Source: Eledone cirrhosa
Lineage: Eukaryota
Length of the DNA stretch: 64,000 bases
Reading direction: 5' to 3'
Assembly: GCA_964016885.1 (NCBI GenBank)
Contig: OZ024766.1
Location: 12,586,001 to 12,650,000 of the forward strand
Below are positions 11,394 to 64,000 of this stretch, one piece after another; the stretch's first letter is position 1, and the number at the start of each line of letters is the position of its first letter. Under the pieces are notes generated by a model. It saw only the letters and a program-made list of their open reading frames with translations, was not told the DNA's origin and made no database searches. A program made the translations under genes and the position numbers.

Positions 11394-11657
11394 CTATAAT
11401 AAAGTAAGGAATGCGGGACTGCGTACGGTTTATAATTTTTTATCCCATTAGTAAAATAAGTTGGATTACCTTGAATAAATAATGAATGAATATTACATAA
11501 TTTATCCACTAAATTTCGTGGCTGTTCATTAAATATATTTTATTATTTATTTAAAGATTCACTTCTTTAAAATTTTGAAATGTCAACTCTTCCAGTTAGC
11601 GATCGCTTAAATAAACATTCATATATTTCTGTCGCTAATGTTCTCCTAATGCAGTTT

Positions 11658-12027
11658 ATATATAATATCGTCTTTTTTAAATGTATCATGGATTACGTTA
11701 CTTATTACATAAGACAGTGTAACACAGTCTTCGTTCAATTTCTATGTACTATATATTGTCAATTACGATTTTATTTGATCATATCTACATGCATATATAC
11801 TTGTGTATAATATCAATATATACACTACACATGCTAGCAGATATATAATATCGTCTGTTTTTAATGTATCATGGATTACGTTACTGATTACATAAGACAG
11901 TGTAACACAGTCTTCGTTCAATTTCTATGTATTATATATTATCAATTATGATTTTATTTGATGTATCATATCTACATGTATATATACTTGCGTATAATAT
12001 CAATATACACACCACACATGCTAGCAG
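11658..12027. repeat. Tandem duplication of a ~183-187-bp AT-rich unit
   Basis: ATATATAATATCGTC...CACATGCTAGCAG starts at 11658 and again at 11841. Confidence 0.92.
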
Positions 12028-12469
12028 AAAACCACCCCAAGGGTGGTTTTTCTGCTAGTCTTCTATGATAATACCTTGTTGTCATGTCTGTCTTAATTAT
12101 TTAAATAACTTCCATCAAATAAATCATGTTGTTCACTACCTTGTATTATATATATTTTATATTCAGCTGTACTTTGTTGTTTCAGGTAAATTAAAGCTAT
12201 CTACATTTTAGCCTAAATCTATTTCAATTTAGGTTAAATTTACTGTGAAAACACCCATCAGTCATTCGGTAGGAAACTGTGTGTCCCCCCCCAAGTTTTA
12301 TCTTTGTGTTTTCAACAAATTTTACCTTAAAATCAATCAAAAATGACTCATTCTTTTCGAAAACGGATTAGATGGGATTCTTGAAGGTTTCTCTGGTGGC
12401 AATTTTTTTCACATGTTTTTATTCGTTGGTGTTTCTACATAATAAGGTTTTAATACTGGGAAAAACTCT

Positions 12470-13190
12470 GTCAGCAAAGTGTTCTGGAAATATGTTCATT
12501 CAAAGCAGAGACCTCACACTCCAGTAAGTCGTCTTCCCAATCCCCACATCAGCTGGACTACTGATGATCCCAAAGAATGTGCAGAATTTATTGCTGAATA
12601 CTCTGCTGGCATTTTTACTGTTGAGGGCGGTGAATTGGCAGTATCGGTAGAGGGTCGGACGCCATGCTTTGACGCATAGAGTTACGGCTCTTTCCAATCT
12701 GTGTTCAAATCCCGCCGAGGTTGACTTTGCCTTTCATCCTTACGGGGTCGATAAAATAAAGTACCAGTAATGTACTGGGATAATTGCTGGCCTTGTGCCA
12801 AAAGTAGAAACAATTATTACTATTGAAATTCAAAATGTACCATCTCCACCACCTCTGACATCAAATTCTATAACAAATATGGAATTTACACCTGAAATGC
12901 TGTGATGCCACCTTAAGAATAAGTTCAACTATGCCTCTCCTGGTCGTAATGATGTTACGTAGCTGCTTCTCAAACATGGTGGCTACTTTTATCTGCTCCA
13001 GCTTTCACTCTTCTTTCAATTCTGCCTAAACAATGGAGTTACTTCTGAGCAGTGGAAAACTGCCAGTGTCATTCCTTTGTTCAAAAAGGTGATCGCATGT
13101 CACATGTCAACTATTGTCCAGTCAATCTTACTAGCTGCATCGCCATGATGGAGTCCTGTGTGAGAGAACCACTCTGGAACTCTCACAGCC
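12470..13190 (+). mobile_element. Decayed CR1/L2/Jockey-type LINE ORF2 fragment (pre-RT region and RT start), interrupted by a SINE
   Basis: FWKYVHSK...TTDDPKECAEFIAEYSAGIFT, then after the SINE ...ASPGRND...SEQWKTASVIPLFKKGDR...NYCPVNLTSC (matches the WKxAxVxPIFKKG...NYRPISLTS motif), with in-frame stops. Confidence 0.85.
12625..12816 (+). mobile_element. SINE family B inserted into the LINE relic
   Basis: Full-length copy. TSD TTACTGTTGA (12615-12624) / TTACTATTGA (12817-12826). Confidence 0.92.
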
Positions 13191-13597
13191 TCACGTAATT
13201 TGGATTTATCCCTAACTCCAGCTACTGTGATGAACTCATAGACTTTCCTGAAGACATTACCCAAATAACTGATGTATCCTTCAAAAGTTCCATGCTTCCC
13301 AAAATTCGCCATCACTACACCTGATATTCCCTGTCCATACACACACACGGATGTGTTTTGTATATCATGACTCGTACACTATTCTCTTTCCTGACAAAAT
13401 TTATTATTCTATATACTGTACATGCACCTTTGATGGGTTGTAGTGCACCTGAGCACTGTACACAATCATTTTCATTATTATTATATATATTATATACTAG
13501 TTTGGAAGATGGATGTAAACGATGATGATGGTGACTATTTATCATTAAAGGAATGTCAAATTTCAATTGTTGAATCACAACATTTTAATATCCTCTA

Positions 13598-13631
13598 CTC
13601 TATATCTTATTTTGTTTCTCTGTTATTTCAG
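13598..13631 (+). other. Putative splice acceptor for the large ZNF-coding exon (5' UTR ~13632-14057)
   Basis: Polypyrimidine tract CTCTATATCTTATTTTGTTTCTCTGTTATTTCAG ending in AG at 13630-13631. Use is inferred, not shown. Confidence 0.5.
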
Positions 13632-14057
13632 AATATCACATGACATTGACAGAAGAGAAATTTTAACTTCAGATACAACATCAATATCATTGTTTAAAAG
13701 ATTAACACAAGATTTTACACAGTATTTATACAAGTCTTTTTATATCAACATTTAGTGAATTACAGTGAAATATTTCTTCTAAACTGAGGTTCATAGAAAG
13801 ACTTCTCTTCTCCATTATCTGGAAAATGTTCAAGAAGATTCTGCATTCTTATTAAAGTTGCTAAAATTTACAAAGTATTTGAAACATTTCAGATGTCAAC
13901 AAAGAGCAGAGCTTATGGAGATGTAACAGAGGAAATATTTGTTGGGAATAAACTGTAAAAACAGAACCAAGAAACAATATCAATATATTGTATTGAGAGA
14001 AAAAGTTCTGGGAAGATATTAGAGACACTTAAAAGATAGATATTTTATCTTGAAGAG

Positions 14058-14945
14058 ATGTCAGCAGAGGAAGGAAAATCATCATACCGCTGTGATATCT
14101 GTGGTAAATCATTCCCTTTTACAAGTCATTTAACTAGACACAGACGTAGTCATACAGGAGAGAAGCCTTATCCCTGTGATATCTGCGGTAAATCATTTTC
14201 TCGCACAAGTGACGTAACTAGACACAAACGTATTCATACAGGAGAGAAACCTCATCACTGTGATATCTGTGGTAAATCATTTTCTGATAGAGGTAACCTC
14301 GCTACTCACATACGTGTCCATACAGGAGAGAAACCTCATCAGTGTGATATCTGTGGTAAATCATTCTCTCAGACATGTCACTTAACTAAACACAAATACA
14401 GTCATACAGGTGAGAAGCCTTATCACTGTGGTATCTGTGGTAAATCATTCTCTTGTACAAGTGATGTAACTAGACACAAACGTGTCCATACAGGAGAGAA
14501 ACCTCATCAGTGTGATATCTGTGGTAAATCATTCTCTCAGTCAAGTAGCTTAATTAGACACAAATACAGTCATACAGGAGAGAAACCTCATCACTGTGAT
14601 ATCTGTGGTAAATCATTCTCTCAGTCACATCACTTAAGTAGACACAAATATATCCATACAGGAGAGAAACCTCATCAGTGTGATATTTGTGGTAAATCCT
14701 TCTCTTCTACAAGTCATATAACCAAACACAAATATATTCATACAGGAGAGAAACCTCATCAGTGTAATATCTGTGGTAAATCATTTTCAGTGTTAAGTGC
14801 CTTAAGTAGACACAAATATATTCATACAGAAAAGAAACCTCATCACTGTGATATCTGTGGTAAATCATTCTCTTCTACAAGTGACGTAACCAAACACAAA
14901 CGTATTCATACAGGAGAGAAACCTTATCACTGTTATCTGTGGTGA
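14058..14945 (+). CDS. Tandem C2H2 (Kruppel-type) zinc-finger protein, 295 aa, 10 complete fingers, no effector domain seen
   Basis: Ten C-x2-C-x12-H-x3-H repeats with TGEKP-type linkers. ATG in GAGATGT context. The ORF ends in a frameshifted 11th finger. Confidence 0.93.
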   Translation: MSAEEGKSSYRCDICGKSFPFTSHLTRHRRSHTGEKPYPCDICGKSFSRTSDVTRHKRIHTGEKPHHCDICGKSFSDRGNLATHIRVHTGEKPHQCDICGKSFSQTCHLTKHKYSHTGEKPYHCGICGKSFSCTSDVTRHKRVHTGEKPHQCDICGKSFSQSSSLIRHKYSHTGEKPHHCDICGKSFSQSHHLSRHKYIHTGEKPHQCDICGKSFSSTSHITKHKYIHTGEKPHQCNICGKSFSVLSALSRHKYIHTEKKPHHCDICGKSFSSTSDVTKHKRIHTGEKPYHCYLW

Positions 14946-15235
14946 ATCATTCTCTCAAAAAAGCAAATTATCTAAAGATGTACGTGTTCATACAGAAATG
15001 TAACAGTATCAGTGTCAAAAATCATTGTATGAAACTATTGTCTTTTTAACCATAAATGTATCTACATAGGAAAGAAGATATGGCACTGTAATTACAACCA
15101 TCAAACACTATAACTATATATTACATTGGTGAGATAATTTAATATTGTTGTATTTTATATCTTTAATTAGTAATAATTTAATTAAAATTCCTTTATTTAA
15201 ATCTTATTTTTTCGCAACTTTTAATCCCCAGTAAT

Positions 15236-18230
15236 ATCATCATCATCATCATCACCGTTTTACGTCCGTTCTTCCACGCTAGCATGGGTTAGACGGGTTG
15301 TCCTGTTGTGGGCAGTGTCTGGTCAACTGACCATGCCTTGCTCATACAGGAACTGATTTGGCTTGATTTCTACAGCTGGATGCCCTTCCTAACACCAACC
15401 TCATTTACAGTGAGTGCTGGGTGCTTTTTCGTGGCGCTTACACGTCCACTTTACAGTGGGCGCTGGGTGCTTTTTTGCCATGGCACCTCCACGACCACCT
15501 TGAAGTGGGGGCATATTGTCTATATGCTTCAGCTTGTACCCATGGGAGGTCGGGTACTCTGTATTACTGCGTGACACCAGAAGTCACAGTCGTGTGTCAT
15601 TGACTTTGAGAGGTGTAATTGGGTAAGGTCGGCTTTTATCACCTCATCCCAGGTCATCTTGGGTGTCCCCACTCCGCGGTTTCCATCAACTTCTAGTGCT
15701 CTGCACCTTTTTATGCAGCTGTCATCCTTCATACGCATCACATGTCCATACCAGCGCAACCGCCTCTCCTGCACACAGCATTTGATTCCTCTTATGCTCA
15801 GTCTCTCTCTCAATTCATTTATGCTTTGTCGTTCACGTATATTACTGTTACACATCCATCGGAGCATGCAGGCTTTGTTTCTCTCTAATCTACGTAAGTC
15901 TTCCACCTTCAGCGCCCAGGTCTCACTACCATGCAACATTGCTGTTCGGATACACGCATCATACAGTCTGCCTTTCATTCCGAGGGAGAAGCCTTTTGCA
16001 GCTAGCAGTGGGAGTAGTTCCCTAAACTTCTTCCATCCCGTTCTTACCCTAGTTATTGTACTTTCTGAACACCCACCTCTGCTGCTAATTCGGTCACCTA
16101 GGTAGCAGAAGCTGTCTTCTGTTTCTACAGAGCCCTCCCAGAGATTGGTGGTACTTGTTTCCTGTGGCTGTTTGATGCTTGCTGTCTCAGCACAGCTGCT
16201 GTATGTGAAGCCTACATTCTTAATTAAGCTTCCTGAGATCCCGCTACATCTCTTGTGTACCCATTGTTTGCATTTGGGGCAGAGAATGGAGTTCCTACCT
16301 ACACCTTTCCTACATACTGAGCAAGGCCATTTCCCTGAGGGGATCTGGGTTCTGTTTTCTCGTCTACTTACAAGGACCTTAGTCTTTGTCATGTTGACTT
16401 TGAGACCCTTTCTTTCTAGTCCCTGCTTCCAAGTTTGGAATTTATTCTCTAGTTCTACCATAGATTCAGCTATGAGTGCGAGGTCATCAGTATACAGGAG
16501 TTCCCATGGGCATCCGGTCTTAAACTCCTCTGTTATTGCCTGCAGGACTATGATGAACAGGAGGGGGCTAAGAACAGAGCCCTGGTGCACCCCAACCTGT
16601 ACGCTAAATTCCTCGCTATACTCATTGCTAATCCTAACTTTGCTGACTGCTCCCCTATACATGGCTTGTACCGCTTTCACAAGCCATTCATCTACTCCTA
16701 GTTTTCTAAGAGCCCACCAGATTACAGCACGTGGAACTCTGTCAAAGGCTTTCTCAATGTCGACAAATGCCAGGTAGAGTGGCTTACTTTTAGCTAGGTA
16801 CTTTTCCTGTAATTGTCCCACAAGGAAGAGGGCATCAGTGGTGCCTCTTCCTGGTACAAACCCAAATTGCATCTCGTCTATTTCCACCCGGTCCCTAATC
16901 AACTGTGCTATAACTCTTTCTGTTACTTTCATGACCTGGTCCATCAACTTTATACCTCTATAGTTTCCTCTATCTAGTGCATCACCTTTACCTTTGTAGC
17001 AGTTGACAATGATGCTACTGCACCAATCTTTTGGTATGACACCTTCTAGTATTACTTGGTTAACAATACGTGTGGTTATAGTGTGACCTACAGACCCAGA
17101 TGCCTTCAGCATCTCGGCAGCTATACCCGATGGACCGGTTGCCTTCCCCATCTTCATATCTTTGATTGCCTTACTTACTACGTTGCTGCTGACTTGTACT
17201 GCTGGCCCCTCTATAGGGTCTACTTGGGGTAGGGTCTCTTCTTCCCATGCATTCTCCTCATTTAGTAATCTATCATAATGACTCTTCCATGCATCTTTCT
17301 TCTCAGCACTTGTGAGGGCAAGCTTACCTTTATCATTCCGGATACACTTCTCTCCAATGACATCACAACTATCTCTGACACACTGCCTCGCAATCTTGAA
17401 TACCTCCTGTTTCTGGTCCTCACGTTGCAAAACATGCTTGAATTTTCTATCCCCTGCTTCCCTCCTAGCTAAGTATACTTGTCGCCTAGCTTCCCTCTTG
17501 GTCTCTATGTAATGTACCCTGCTCCCCCCGTTCTTCCATTCTTTCCATGCCTGTCTCTTGGCCTTAACTGCCTCATCTACCTTATTGTTCCACCACCAAG
17601 TCACTCTCCTCCTGCTTGAGGTCTTACTCCAGCCACAGACCTCGTCCGTCGCCTCTAGTAAGATATTTTTTAGGAATTCCCAGTTCTCTTCTACATTAAA
17701 TGTCTATCTGTTCTTCTTTACTGTCGTAGGCGTTGAGTAAAATATCTTTAAATCTGTTACTGGTTGAGGGGACTTTCAGCTTCCAGATCTTTCTTCTCCA
17801 GGTTGGCCTCTGTTTCCAGGTTCGTCTAGTTCTGACCGTGAGGTCGCTGACAACTAAGCTATGTTGGGATGTACATTCCTCACTAGGGAAGGCTTTTGTG
17901 TTTACGACCGTCCATCTGTGTTTACGACTCTCCTCTCCATCTAGTCTCTTGCACACAGCATACATCAATTTCCTTTTGCTCTAGCATTTCTACGATTTCT
18001 CCTGCTCTTTCTTTCATTGAGCCTACATTGATGGTACCAACTCGGAGTTTTGGGCATTTGTCGACACTCGTAGGGAAGGGTCTCTGGGTTGGCGCTTCAC
18101 GTGGGTGCTTGGTAGCTCGCAGATTCATATTTCATCTATTGATTCAGAGTTGCTCAAATTTATTCTCAGCTCATCCATCCATAACGGTGGGAAAATTGAG
18201 GGCTAGAAGAACAGTGGTGGTGGGATAATG
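15236..18230 (-). mobile_element. RTE-clade non-LTR retrotransposon, near full length, inactivated
   Basis: APE endonuclease start (RVGTINVGSM...DVCCVQETRW, 17922-18128), APE end (ECTSQHSLVVSD), RT ORF, 3' UTR with two ~49-bp units, CCATGCTAGCGTGG stem-loop and (GAT)n tail. 5' boundary is uncertain. Confidence 0.93.
15529..17604 (-). pseudogene. Open 691-aa remainder of the RTE ORF: reverse transcriptase, PHD-like Cys/His domain and C-terminus
   Basis: NYRGIKL, QFGFVPGRGTTDA, FVDIEKAFD, GVHQGSVLSPLLF, YTDD, FCYLG motifs. Disconnected from the endonuclease by an upstream stop/frameshift near 17696. Confidence 0.9.
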
Positions 18231-18358
18231 GCAGGGTGTGTTGGGAGGAGAGAGTTAGTTAGGTAGTAGTAGTAATAGTAGCAGTAGCAGCAGTAGAAAT
18301 GGCATGCTGTTTGATTGGTTGAATAGGCTATGGTGGGTGGGAGGGAAATTGTGAGGTA

Positions 18359-18739
18359 GGCACTGAGGGTCGCCTTCGAGGCTAACAAACTTAAATAACC
18401 GATAGATTAGAATACCGCGTGGTAAATATCCGAAATAATACAGCAAAAACAGCAATAATATGAATAATAATAGCGTCATAAGAGCTAAGATACCTTCGAA
18501 AATTTGTATGGATGGGTGGCTGGAACGAATCCAAATCAACTCTAGTGATACATTTTAGCAGATAAGGAGAAAGTGTCTTATCTCTTCAATAGCTTCAAGA
18601 TGAGTGAGGTGGAATGGGCGAAAGGGAGGTGATGGGTGGCTTAGAGATAGATAGAGATAGGGTAGCCATTATAGAGAGGGGGGGGGGCACTGAGGGTCGC
18701 CGTCAAGGCTAACAAACTTAAATAACTGATAGATTAGAA
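18359..18739. repeat. 54-bp direct repeat pair (18359-18412 and 18686-18739)
   Basis: GGCACTGAGGGTCGCC-x-TC-x-AGGCTAACAAACTTAAATAAC-x-GATAGATTAGAA occurs twice, 327 bp apart. Confidence 0.9.
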
Positions 18740-18796
18740 AAAAATATAGATAGGAGAGAAATAGTAAAACAAGAGAATAATATAGACTTTAGTACC

Positions 18797-19027
18797 ATGT
18801 ACAGACAGAAAATGATGACAATGAGGTGAGAAGAGAATAGAGAATGTCAGACCAGGCAGTGTGATGTCTATGGTAACATAGTTTAAAAAATTTGAGCAAC
18901 AGAGTAAGAGATCTCTTTTCATTTTTGAAAAGCAGTTAACTGTTTATAAATCATCATGCTCTGGAGAGAGACCCTTTCGTTGTGAAACATGGAAAATCTT
19001 TTGTTGTAAGCAGTCATTTAAATAAAC

Positions 19028-19030
<3 letters not shown>
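18797..19030 (+). pseudogene. Decayed C2H2 zinc-finger gene 5' portion leading into the satellite
   Basis: RQCDVYGNIV* (~18855-18885), then QLTVYKSSCSGERPFRCET[-2 nt]GKSFVVSSHLNKH (18932-19029). Confidence 0.75.

Positions 19031-64000
<44,970 letters not shown>

Noticed and set aside
14058-14945. Neighbouring intact ZNF as direct parent of the satellite monomer
   Set aside because: Its fingers read CDICGKSFS with different codons (TGTGATATCTGTGGTAAATCA), and none has the DSSTNLNK helix.
15659-18228. + strand ORFs of 60-210 aa overlapping the LINE
   Set aside because: Antisense shadows of the RTE ORF with no recognisable motifs.

Overview
AT-rich animal genomic DNA, most likely octopus/coleoid cephalopod (inferred from SINE/RTE types and zinc-finger gene style; not confirmed by search). 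Layout: (CA/TA)n microsatellite (1-472); ~98-copy 49-bp minisatellite amplified from an RTE-LINE 3' UTR unit (641-5439); RTE remnants, two tRNA-derived SINE families and a CR1/L2-like LINE relic (5.7-13.2 kb); an intact 10-finger C2H2 zinc-finger gene (14058-14945, +); a near-full-length but inactivated RTE LINE (15.2-18.2 kb, -); and a >45-kb satellite of 77/82-bp monomers (19028 to window end). Key observation: each satellite monomer is a C2H2 zinc-finger coding unit. It reads [21 protein letters not shown] (perfect C-x2-C-x3-F-x5-L-x2-H-x3-H) with the H-T-G-E-[K/R] linker frameshifted by 2-bp and 7-bp losses relative to the canonical 84-bp finger repeat, and it grows directly out of a decayed ZNF pseudogene at ~18.8-19.03 kb. 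Almost all short ORFs in the supplied track are repeat artefacts.
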